NCBI RefSeq assembly: GCF_009557235.1
Contig: NZ_CP045650.1
Span: forward strand, 1,770,001 to 1,802,000
From: Acinetobacter wanghuae
GTDB taxonomy: Bacteria; Pseudomonadota; Gammaproteobacteria; Pseudomonadales; Moraxellaceae
Direction: 5' to 3'
DNA: 32,000 bases
Positions 18,038 to 26,209 of the stretch are shown one piece after another. Position 1 is the stretch's first letter. Each line of letters begins with the position of its first letter. The notes under the pieces are model-generated. The model was not told the DNA's origin. It saw only the letters and a list, made by a program, of their open reading frames with translations, and ran no database searches. A program made the translations under genes and the position numbers.

Positions 18038-18070
18038 AAAAAAACCACATGCTTTTTGTAAAGCATGTGG
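18038..18070 (-). terminator. rho-independent terminator between ygiW and the response-regulator gene
   Basis: 11-bp stem CCACATGCTTT/AAAGCATGTGG (18045-55/18060-70) with a 4-nt loop. On the minus strand a T7 run follows. Confidence 0.8.
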
Positions 18071-18104
18071 TTGAGTGTATCAGTGATTGATCAAACCACA
18101 TTGA

Positions 18105-18464
18105 TTAGAAGCGAACTTGATCCACATCAATTTCAACACGTTTTGTTGGTTTATAATCAATATCCACTTCACCAATAATCGTTACCGGTGTTTTTGCCGA
18201 AATGGGTTTACCCATCCAAAGTTCATCATCAATTTCAACATTGATTGAACCGGTGTTATCACGGAATTGATATTTTTCATCGCCTACTGATTTAACCACA
18301 TAGCCTTTTAATTCAACTTTGCTATCATCTTTCATGGTTAATGCTTGTTTAACCGTGGTGACTTTTGCAAATGCTGCCTGATTTACCGCTTGGTTTGCAG
18401 TTGCAACAGTTGCCGCAGAAGCCAAAGTTGCTGTTACTAATAACGCTTTCATCATTGTTTTCAT
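18105..18464 (-). CDS. ygiW: YgiW/YdeI-family periplasmic OB-fold (BOF) stress protein
   Basis: Signal peptide MKTMMKALLVTATLASAATVATA, then the characteristic Y-x-F-x-D-x-TG-x-I-x-VEID core (YQFRDNTGSINVEIDDELW). Confidence 0.85.
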   Translation of the reverse strand: MKTMMKALLVTATLASAATVATANQAVNQAAFAKVTTVKQALTMKDDSKVELKGYVVKSVGDEKYQFRDNTGSINVEIDDELWMGKPISAKTPVTIIGEVDIDYKPTKRVEIDVDQVRF

Positions 18465-18545
18465 TGTGCTTACCTTTTAACTGTCTTGTTTCGATGAAGC
18501 TATTAAAACAGCTGAAGATGAATTGAATCTTAAGATGGCTTCATT

Positions 18546-20303
18546 TTAATTCAGTGGTACAACTCTTAGAACTTCTGCAAGTGTGGTCACGCCTTCAATC
18601 ACTTTACGTGCACCTGCAATCCGAAGGGGTTCAACCCCTTCTTTTTTGGCTTGTTGGCGCAATTGATTCAAATCAGCACCCGCACCAATCAAATGTTTTG
18701 TGTCCAAACTTAGGGGCATAAACTCATAAATGCCGACACGACCTTTATAACCCGTATTACGACATTCTTCACAGCCCACAGGTTCAAAGACAAACTCAGG
18801 TCGATCAATCGGAAAATCTGACGTCAGATGTTTCCACTCTTGCTCTTGCATAAAGCCTTCACGCTTACAGTGTGGGCAAAGCGTTCTGACCAAACGCTGC
18901 GCCAAGACACCTAAGATGGTAGCTGCAGTTAAAAAGGGCTGTACACCTAAATCATGTAGGCGGGTCAGACTCGAAGGCGCATCATTGGTATGTAAAGTCG
19001 ATAATACCAAATGCCCAGTTAATGCCGCCTGAATTGCCATATTGGCAGTATCATGGTCACGAATCTCACCGACCATAATGATATCGGGATCTTGTCGCAT
19101 GAGTGCTCTAACGCCATCTGCAAAACCTAAATCAATACCGGTATTGACCTGCATTTGGTTAAAGCTTGGCTCCAACATTTCAATTGGATCTTCAATCGTA
19201 CATACATTCACTTCATCCGTCGCGAGTTGCTTCAGCGTTGAATAAAGCGTGGTGGTTTTACCTGAACCTGTTGGTCCTGTGACTAAAATAATGCCATGAC
19301 TATGATTGGTCAGATTGTTCCAATCATTGAGTAAATGCCCTTCAAAACCGAGTTGTTGGAAGCTTCTGACCAAAACCTCAGGGTCAAAAATACGCATCAC
19401 TAATTTTTCACCAAAAGCTGTCGGCAATGTCGATAAACGTAGCTCGGTTTCTTGTCCTTTCGGCGTTCGGGTTTTTAATCGACCATCTTGCGGCTTACGT
19501 TTTTCCGCGACATTCATGCGACCTAAAATTTTAATCCGTGAAATCACCGCAGTCAGGGTATTCGCAGGCATGTTATAGATCGTATGCAATACGCCATCAA
19601 TACGAAAACGAATTTTACCCGCATCCTTACGCGGTTCCATATGGATATCACTCGCCCCTTGTTCAAAGGCAAATTGCAGGACCCAATCGACAAGTTTCAC
19701 AATATGTTGATCATTGGCATCGGGGTTTTGTGAATCCCCCAATTGTAAGAGTGCTTCTACCCCTTTATTTTCCCGCTCATAACTCCCTGACTTTTGTGAA
19801 CCGCTGACTGCACGACTGACCTGATAGTATTCAGTCATGTAGCGCTGTAACTGCTCAGGATTAAGAAGCACACGCTCTATTTTTTTAGGGGCAATATTTT
19901 GTTGAAGATTTGACATCCATTCAATGCGATAAGGCTGATCCGTTGCGATCAGGATTTTATCTGCCAAGACTTCAACTGCTAAGATCCGGTTTCTGAGTGC
20001 ATACTCTTGCGACATGACACTGGTCAATGCCTGAACATCTGCTTTAAGAGGATCGATAATATAAAAAGGCAAACCTGTTTTTTCAGATAACCACTGACAG
20101 AGACGATTTAAGGTTAAAGTTGATTGAGGATGACTTTGATCGACCAAATTAAAATGGGCAATCCATTGTAAAGGATGCCATTTCAGCTGTTCACGTTGAC
20201 GATGTGTGGTTTGTACCAACATTCGCTCACGTTCAGTAATTTTATTTTCTTTTAGAAGTTGTTCTAGACACCAAGTTGTATCTATATCAAAGTCGAATTT
20301 CAT
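18546..20303 (-). CDS. GspE/PilB-family secretion ATPase, orphan (no partner genes nearby)
   Basis: Walker A GPTGSGKTT, Asp box CTIEDPIE, Walker B DPDIIMVGEIRD, His box LVLSTLHTNDA, and the tetracysteine Zn motif CPHC...CEEC-RNTGYKGR. The N-terminal ~190 aa contain a T2SSE_N-like domain. Confidence 0.9.
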   Translation of the reverse strand: MKFDFDIDTTWCLEQLLKENKITERERMLVQTTHRQREQLKWHPLQWIAHFNLVDQSHPQSTLTLNRLCQWLSEKTGLPFYIIDPLKADVQALTSVMSQEYALRNRILAVEVLADKILIATDQPYRIEWMSNLQQNIAPKKIERVLLNPEQLQRYMTEYYQVSRAVSGSQKSGSYERENKGVEALLQLGDSQNPDANDQHIVKLVDWVLQFAFEQGASDIHMEPRKDAGKIRFRIDGVLHTIYNMPANTLTAVISRIKILGRMNVAEKRKPQDGRLKTRTPKGQETELRLSTLPTAFGEKLVMRIFDPEVLVRSFQQLGFEGHLLNDWNNLTNHSHGIILVTGPTGSGKTTTLYSTLKQLATDEVNVCTIEDPIEMLEPSFNQMQVNTGIDLGFADGVRALMRQDPDIIMVGEIRDHDTANMAIQAALTGHLVLSTLHTNDAPSSLTRLHDLGVQPFLTAATILGVLAQRLVRTLCPHCKREGFMQEQEWKHLTSDFPIDRPEFVFEPVGCEECRNTGYKGRVGIYEFMPLSLDTKHLIGAGADLNQLRQQAKKEGVEPLRIAGARKVIEGVTTLAEVLRVVPLN

Positions 20304-20423
20304 TATTGTGTCCCCAAAGCTAGGGTTACTATAGCAAAAAACGACTTCGAGGGAATTGGCTTTAAGCCAAGTACTTTACAGAAGATAAAAAGGTGATGCT
20401 TCGTATTTTGATAGAGATAAAAA

Positions 20424-21152
20424 TTATAGATTAATTATCTTAATGTTATCTTCTGAAACCTTAAACCTCACATCCAAACCTGCAAATTTCATCCCATACA
20501 CACGTTCCTCATCATTTTGATACGCAGGACGTGGATCTAAAGATAAAACTTGTTTAAGCTCATTCACATTTTGAACGCTTAATTGACCTTGTTTCAGCAA
20601 CATCTCTTTTTGAATGACTGCTTGTTCTGACCAAATCACTTGTTTTCGTTTCGGTTCTTCTTGCGCATAACCACTTTGCGCATCAACAACAGCATCTGAA
20701 TATTGAATATAAGGTTTAATATCGATAATGGGCGTGCCATCAAGTAAATCACTCCCTGTCACATAAACGCGCACCGATTTACCCACTTTTTTAACGGCTT
20801 TAAGCTGAACAACAGATAAACCAATCGGTGCTGGGCGATACATACTACGTGTCGCAAAAACACCTATTTTTTGATTCCCCCCTAAACGTGGTGGTCGAAC
20901 TTGCGGGCGAAACTGGGTTTTTTCTTGATTTTTATTATCATGAAACTGCCAAACTAGCCATAAATGACTAAAGGCTTCAATCCCTTCAAATGCTAATAAG
21001 TCATTATATGGCGGCTGCATTTCAATATAGCTTTCGACGTTGACCAAATTAGGCTGACGTGGAATGCCAAATTTTTCTTTATAGGGAGATTTCATTATAC
21101 CAATTATTGGTATGGTTAATTCAGTCGTAATCACTTTTTTTGATAAGCTCAA
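20424..21152 (-). CDS. trmO: tRNA (N6-threonylcarbamoyladenosine(37)-N6)-methyltransferase TrmO (YaeB/TsaA family)
   Basis: IGIMKSPYKEKFGIPRQP and GVFATRSMYRPAPIGLSVV are typical TrmO motifs. The length is 242 aa. Confidence 0.88.
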   Translation of the reverse strand: MSLSKKVITTELTIPIIGIMKSPYKEKFGIPRQPNLVNVESYIEMQPPYNDLLAFEGIEAFSHLWLVWQFHDNKNQEKTQFRPQVRPPRLGGNQKIGVFATRSMYRPAPIGLSVVQLKAVKKVGKSVRVYVTGSDLLDGTPIIDIKPYIQYSDAVVDAQSGYAQEEPKRKQVIWSEQAVIQKEMLLKQGQLSVQNVNELKQVLSLDPRPAYQNDEERVYGMKFAGLDVRFKVSEDNIKIINL

Positions 21153-21186
21153 TTAAATATATTCAGTTTATCGAGAATGATTTTAG

Positions 21187-21210
21187 ATTAGAATAGCAAC
21201 CTGTTCTAAT
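21187..21210. promoter_or_regulatory. inverted repeat immediately upstream of fpr (candidate operator)
   Basis: ATTAGAA-N10-TTCTAAT, perfect 7-bp arms, ending 22 nt before the preferred fpr start. Confidence 0.3.
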
Positions 21211-21232
21211 TTGATAATTTATGAGACCTTTA

Positions 21233-22012
21233 ATGGCTGCGTTTAACGTCGAAAAGATTACTCACGTCCACCACTGGAATGACACTTTATTCTCTTTTAA
21301 AACGACTCGTGATGTCGCACTACGTTTTAAAAACGGTCAGTTTGTGATGATCGGCTTAGAAGTAAACGGTAAGCCTCTTATGCGTGCGTATTCAATCGCA
21401 AGCGCGAACTATGAAGAAGAACTAGAATTCTTCTCAATTAAAGTTCCAGATGGTCCTTTAACCTCTATTTTACAAAAAGTAAAAGTTGGCGATGACATTT
21501 TAGTGTCTCGTAAACCAACAGGTACTTTAGTTCTTGATGATTTAAACCCGGGTAAAAATTTATACCTACTTTCATCAGGTACAGGTCTTGCGCCTTTCCT
21601 TTCAGTTATTCGCGATCCTGAAACCTATGAACGTTTTGAAAAAATCATTGTGGTTCACGGTACGCGTTTCGTTTCAGAATTGGCGTATCAAGATTTAATT
21701 GAAAATGAAATTCCAAACCACGAATTCTTCGGTGAATTGGGTGCGAAAGAAAAACTCGTGTATTATCCAACGGTAACGCGTGAAGATTTCCATACCCAAG
21801 GTCGTGTCACTACTGCCATTGAAACTGGCGCATTATTTGAAAAAATTGGTTTGCCACGTTTTAACCCAGAAACAGATCGTGCAATGCTGTGTGGTTCTCC
21901 TGCCTTCCTTGATGATGTTGCAGCGTTGCTTGATCAACATGGTCTTAAAGAATCTCCGAAAATGGGTGTACTTGGCGACTACGTGATTGAACGTGCATTC
22001 GTTGAAAAATAA
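21233..22012 (+). CDS. fpr: ferredoxin-NADP(+) reductase
   Basis: HHWNDTLFSFKTTRD, the FAD motif RAYSIAS and the NADP motif SSGTGLAPF. I prefer the start MAAFNVEK at 21233 (GAGA 6 nt upstream) over the track ATG at 21221, which has no RBS. Confidence 0.92.
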   Translation: MAAFNVEKITHVHHWNDTLFSFKTTRDVALRFKNGQFVMIGLEVNGKPLMRAYSIASANYEEELEFFSIKVPDGPLTSILQKVKVGDDILVSRKPTGTLVLDDLNPGKNLYLLSSGTGLAPFLSVIRDPETYERFEKIIVVHGTRFVSELAYQDLIENEIPNHEFFGELGAKEKLVYYPTVTREDFHTQGRVTTAIETGALFEKIGLPRFNPETDRAMLCGSPAFLDDVAALLDQHGLKESPKMGVLGDYVIERAFVEK

Positions 22013-22035
22013 GCGTTAGAATTAATTTTTAAATT

Positions 22036-22066
22036 AAAAAACCGAGGCTTAGACTTCGGTTTTTTA
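22036..22066 (+). terminator. rho-independent terminator after fpr
   Basis: Stem CCGAGG/CTTCGG (one G-U pair) followed by T6. Confidence 0.75.
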
Positions 22067-22433
22067 TTGAATTCTTTTATGCTTAAAAGCTAAAAAAACT
22101 GGCTTTCCTGTCTATTATTTCAACATGTGATCACACTTTTTAATTTAAATTTATTTTCTTTTTGGATATTAAAAAATATTTATGATTTGGATATTTGGCC
22201 TAATCACTTAGCATACATCTCCAATTCGTTATTTTAATATTCATTTAAATTTCAGATCTTTAAAGAAGAAAATCATATAATTATCTTGAGATTCAAGTTT
22301 CATGTTTAAAAAAACCAACAATTTTAATCAGGTTTTAAATTGCTAAATTATTAGACAAATATTTGATAATCCTGAGTATTTTACTAGGTTGAATATCAAA
22401 AAAATTCTTCTAAAATAAAACCATAAATTTTAT

Positions 22434-23843
22434 ATGTCTTTCGATTTAATCATGAGCATTACGCCTGTTACTGAACTCCTCTCACCTGCTGGTTCATTGA
22501 AAAATATGCGCTATGCTTTTGCCTATGGTGCAGATGCGGTCTATGCCGGTCAGCCACGTTATAGCCTGCGTGTTCGTAACAACGAATTTGATCATGACAA
22601 TTTAGCGATCGGTATTTCTGAAGCGCATGCTTTGGGTAAAAAATTTTATGTCGTTGTCAATATTCAGCCGCACAATTCAAAACTGAAGAATTTCATTCGC
22701 GATTTAGAACCCATTATTGCCATGCAGCCTGATGCTCTGATTATGTCTGATCCAGGCCTGATTATGATGGTGCGCGAGCATTTTCCGCATATGGATATCC
22801 ATTTGTCCGTGCAAGCCAATGCGATTAACTGGGCAACGGTCAAATTTTGGAAAAATATGGGGCTTACACGTGTGATTTTGTCACGTGAGCTCTCAATTGA
22901 AGAAATTGCTGAAATTAAGCAACACGTACCTGACATGGAACTTGAAGTGTTTGTTCATGGTGCACTCTGTATGGCATATTCAGGTCGTTGCATGCTGTCT
23001 GGCTACATGAATAAACGCGATGCCAACCAAGGCGCATGTACCAATGCTTGCCGCTGGGAATACAAAGTGCATCCATCTCAGGAAGATCAAAATGGCGATG
23101 TGATTCCTGTCAAATACATTGAAACTGAGTGCTGCTCAAAAGATGTAGATGAACAACATATGCAAGCCCAACATCAATTTGATGAGCCAGTACTCTTACA
23201 GCGTAATGATGAAGATCCATTCGTTGCAGAAGAAGATGAACACGGCACATATTTTATGAACTCTAAAGATTTACGTGCGGTTCAACATGTCGATCGCTTA
23301 ACAAAAATGGGCGTACATTCACTTAAAATTGAAGGTCGCACCAAATCTTATTTTTATTGTGCTCGTACTGCACAAATCTATCGTAAGGCTATTGACGATG
23401 CTCTTGAAGGCAAAGCTTTTGATACTGCACTCATGACACAACTTGAAGGCTTGGCAAACCGTGGTTATACCGAAGGTTTTTTACGCCGCCATGGGCATAG
23501 TGAATATCAAAATTATGAAAATGGCTCATCGAGTTTTGAACATCAACAGTTCTGTGGCGAAGTATTAGAGCGCAATGGCAATTACATCAAAATTGATGTG
23601 AAAAACCGTTTTGTCGTAGGAGATAGCCTAGAGCTCATGACAACCTCCGGCAATATCACATTTGTATTGACACAGATGCAAGATTTAAAGGGCAACCATT
23701 TACTCGATGCCAAAGGTTCAGGTCATGTTGTAGAAATTCCAATTCCAGCCGATGTCGATATGCAGTACGCCCTGCTCATTCGTAACTTGCCAAAATCGCC
23801 CCAAAACATCACAGCAAGTGCATTGGCCTATCAAGCGAGTTAA
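22434..23843 (+). CDS. trhP: U32-family protein, prephenate-dependent tRNA uridine(34) hydroxylase TrhP (YegQ)
   Basis: Long near-collinear identity to E. coli YegQ as I remember it (ELLSPAGSLKNMRYAFAYGADAVYAGQPRYSLRVRNNEF...). U32 signature EVFVHGALCMAYSGRCMLS. The start may be the ATG at 22452. Confidence 0.92.
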   Translation: MSFDLIMSITPVTELLSPAGSLKNMRYAFAYGADAVYAGQPRYSLRVRNNEFDHDNLAIGISEAHALGKKFYVVVNIQPHNSKLKNFIRDLEPIIAMQPDALIMSDPGLIMMVREHFPHMDIHLSVQANAINWATVKFWKNMGLTRVILSRELSIEEIAEIKQHVPDMELEVFVHGALCMAYSGRCMLSGYMNKRDANQGACTNACRWEYKVHPSQEDQNGDVIPVKYIETECCSKDVDEQHMQAQHQFDEPVLLQRNDEDPFVAEEDEHGTYFMNSKDLRAVQHVDRLTKMGVHSLKIEGRTKSYFYCARTAQIYRKAIDDALEGKAFDTALMTQLEGLANRGYTEGFLRRHGHSEYQNYENGSSSFEHQQFCGEVLERNGNYIKIDVKNRFVVGDSLELMTTSGNITFVLTQMQDLKGNHLLDAKGSGHVVEIPIPADVDMQYALLIRNLPKSPQNITASALAYQAS

Positions 23844-23845
23844 AC

Positions 23846-24100
23846 ATGGCATTACTCATTACTGATAAATGCATTAACTGTGATATGTGCTTAGCAGAAT
23901 GTCCGAATGATGCCATTTTTGAGGGCGATAAAATCTATGAAATTGATGTACACCGTTGCACCGAATGTGTGGGCTTTTATGAGCGTCAAACTTGTGTTGA
24001 TGTCTGTCCAATTGAGTGCATTGTGCCACATCCTGAACATAGAGAAACACAAGAACAATTGATGCAAAAGTTTAAAGGACTGAATTTATTCAATTCTTAA
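23846..24100 (+). CDS. yfhL: YfhL-family 2x[4Fe-4S] ferredoxin
   Basis: CINCDMCLAECP plus CTECVGFYERQTCVDVCP, the split second cluster motif typical of YfhL. The ATG lies 2 nt after the trhP stop. Confidence 0.9.
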   Translation: MALLITDKCINCDMCLAECPNDAIFEGDKIYEIDVHRCTECVGFYERQTCVDVCPIECIVPHPEHRETQEQLMQKFKGLNLFNS

Positions 24101-24243
24101 GAAAAACTAAAACTGGTATAGCTTTTGCTATATATAGAATATACAGAGGGGAGCACAATAATAAGAGCAAAAACAAAAATAGCGAAACTGTAAGGGATAA
24201 AACAAAAATGTGAGGGGGCATTTTTATTTTAGACCATGCAGAC

Positions 24244-24281
24244 ATAAAAAAAGGAACTCGGTGTTAGCATCCAAAGTTCCT
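24244..24281 (-). terminator. rho-independent terminator, distal end of the ahpF 3' region
   Basis: 7-bp stem AGGAACT/AGTTCCT (24252-58/24275-81) with a 16-nt loop. On the minus strand a T7-8 run follows. Confidence 0.65.
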
Positions 24282-24330
24282 ATAAAACGAGAATATTGAG
24301 AAAAACAATATTCAACTATAAAACCATTTA

Positions 24331-24368
24331 AATGGTCAGTGCGTTGGGGAGCTCACTGACCATTTTTC
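24331..24368. terminator. 11-bp hairpin immediately after ahpF, with a T-run only on the plus strand
   Basis: Stem AATGGTCAGTG/CACTGACCATT with a 12-nt loop CGTTGGGGAGCT, followed on the plus strand by TTTTT. On the minus strand the trailing sequence is only TAAATGGTTTT. Confidence 0.55.
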
Positions 24369-24381
24369 TTATCTAATCAAC

Positions 24382-25947
24382 TCATTGTCCAGAACGGATG
24401 ATGTAATCAAACGCAGAGAGTGATGCTTTCGCGCCTTCACCTGTGGCAATGATGATTTGTTTGTACGGTACAGTTGTACAGTCACCCGCAGCAAATACAC
24501 CTTTCACGTTAGTTTCGTTGCGTTCGTTAATCACAATCTCACCACGGTTGGTTAATTCAACTTTGGTTTCTTTTAAGAAATCTGTGTTTGGTAACAAACC
24601 GATTTGTACAAAGATCCCTGCGAGCTCAACTGTGTGTTCTTCATCAGTTGCACGGTCTTTGTATTTCAAAGCTGTGACTTGTTTACCATCACCAACAACT
24701 TCAGTCGACAATGCATTTTTGATCACTGTGGTATTTGGCAAGCTGTTCAATTTATCTTGAAGCACTTGGTCTGCACGTAGTTTGGTATCAAACTCAACCA
24801 ATGTCACATGCTCAACAATACCTGCAAGGTCAATCGCAGCTTCTACACCTGAGTTACCGCCACCAATCACAGCAACACGTTTGCCTTTAAAGAGTGGACC
24901 ATCACAGTGTGGGCAGTACGCAACACCACGGGTTTTGTATTCTTGCTCACCCGGTACATTCATTTCTCTCCAACGTGCACCTGTAGACAGGATTACAGTT
25001 TTCGATTCAAGTTTTGCACCATTTTCTAGTGTTACTTCAACGAGTCCGTTTGCAGTCTCATCCGCACCTTTGATGTCAGACACACGTTGCAGGTTCATGA
25101 TATCGACACCATATTCACGCACGTGTGCTTCCATCTCAGCAGCAAACTTAGGACCTTGTGTCTTTTGCACTGACGTGTAGTTTTCAATGTCCATGGTATC
25201 CATAACCTGACCGCCCATGCGTTCAGCCACGATACCAGTCTTGATACCTTTACGAGCCGCATAGATCGCAGATGTGTTCCCTGCAGGGCCACCACCAATC
25301 ACAAGCACATCAAATGCATCTTTGCTATTTAACTTTTCAGCATCTTTCGCTGCAGAGTTGGTATCCAATTTGGCAATGATTTCTTCAAGTGTCATACGAC
25401 CTTGACCAATATGTTCATTGTCTTGGAATACCATGGGTACAGCCATGATTTTGCGTTCTTCAACTTCGTCTTGGAAGAATGCGCCATCAATCATGGTCGC
25501 TGTTGTGCCTGGGTTGTAAATCGCGATCAAGTTCAATGCTTGAACCACGTCAGGACAGTTATGGCAGCTTAAAGATACAAACACATCAAAATCAGATTTG
25601 ATGCCTAAGCCTTTAATAGAAGCCAACACTTCATCAGACACTTTTGGTGCATAACCTGAAGTTTGTAACAATGCAAGAATAAGTGATGTGAACTCATGAC
25701 CCATTGGTAAGCCTGCGAAGTACACACGTGGTTCTTCACCTGCTTTTGCAATACCAAAGCTTGGTGCGCGTTTGTTTTGACCATCAAAACGAGCAGTCAC
25801 TAAATTCGAAAGTGCAGCAACTTCAGTCACCAATTCTTTGATTTTGTCTGATTTATCAGAGCCATTTAAAGTCGCAACGATTTCGATTGGACCTTCTAAG
25901 CGTTCTAAAAGTGTTTTCAGTTGGGCTGTTGTATTTGTGTCTAACAT
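24382..25947 (-). CDS. ahpF: alkyl hydroperoxide reductase subunit F
   Basis: N-terminal redox centre CHNCPD, C-terminal CPHCDG, and FAD/NAD Rossmann motifs ([16 protein letters not shown]). I trimmed the start to MLDTN at 25947, which has GGAG 9 nt upstream and gives 521 aa, the E. coli AhpF length. Confidence 0.95.
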   Translation of the reverse strand: MLDTNTTAQLKTLLERLEGPIEIVATLNGSDKSDKIKELVTEVAALSNLVTARFDGQNKRAPSFGIAKAGEEPRVYFAGLPMGHEFTSLILALLQTSGYAPKVSDEVLASIKGLGIKSDFDVFVSLSCHNCPDVVQALNLIAIYNPGTTATMIDGAFFQDEVEERKIMAVPMVFQDNEHIGQGRMTLEEIIAKLDTNSAAKDAEKLNSKDAFDVLVIGGGPAGNTSAIYAARKGIKTGIVAERMGGQVMDTMDIENYTSVQKTQGPKFAAEMEAHVREYGVDIMNLQRVSDIKGADETANGLVEVTLENGAKLESKTVILSTGARWREMNVPGEQEYKTRGVAYCPHCDGPLFKGKRVAVIGGGNSGVEAAIDLAGIVEHVTLVEFDTKLRADQVLQDKLNSLPNTTVIKNALSTEVVGDGKQVTALKYKDRATDEEHTVELAGIFVQIGLLPNTDFLKETKVELTNRGEIVINERNETNVKGVFAAGDCTTVPYKQIIIATGEGAKASLSAFDYIIRSGQ

Positions 25948-26180
25948 TGCTAACGTCTCCAAAGGAGTAAATGTTTATTTGATGAAGCTATAGTAGTCCA
26001 TTAATAAAAATAGTTAAAACAGTTTGTTTTTATATAAACGATCGTTTTTATAGATGATAAATCTACCAGGATTCTGAGCTTGCAGTAGATGTGAATTAAA
26101 GTTACACAGCGCCATAGTTAAAACTTAAGCGCTTCAGCTGGTTTCGCTTTAATTGAGGTTGATATAAAAATAGAATGCGT

Positions 26181-26203
26181 AAAAAAGCCCTGATAAACAG
26201 GGC
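26181..26203 (-). terminator. rho-independent terminator after the TelA-operon membrane gene
   Basis: Stem GCCCTG/CAGGGC with loop ATAAA. On the minus strand a T6 run follows. Confidence 0.75.
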
Positions 26204-26209
26204 AATGTT

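Noticed and set aside
17991-18101. Track-annotated 5' extensions: response regulator to 18101, rnk to 29827, ahpF to 25962, fpr from 21221, and the 127-aa ORF to 930.
   Set aside because: Each extension lacks an RBS and/or runs through a terminator or another gene's RBS. Internal starts give N-termini matching the family norm (MRILLAEDD, MNKPSLIL, MLDTN, MAAFNVEK, MRKLKF).
24140-24370. Idea that the yfhL-ahpF spacer encodes a CsrA/RsmA-sequestering sRNA. The supporting observations are GGA motifs, one in a terminator loop; a TGTAAG half of the GacA upstream box at 24189-24194; and rsmZ lying next to a ferredoxin gene in Pseudomonas.
   Set aside because: There are only four GGA trinucleotides in ~230 nt, against roughly three expected by chance. 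The second half of the GacA palindrome (CTTACA) is absent. Most GGAs are not in predicted loops. I kept only the weaker structured-RNA observation as a finding.
25948-26209. OxyR binding site and a 33-codon minus-strand ORF (MALCNFNSHLL...) upstream of ahpF.
   Set aside because: ATAG-containing segments are present, but I could not fit the ATAGnt-N7-anCTAT spacing of the OxyR consensus. The small ORF has no RBS and lies in AT-rich promoter DNA.
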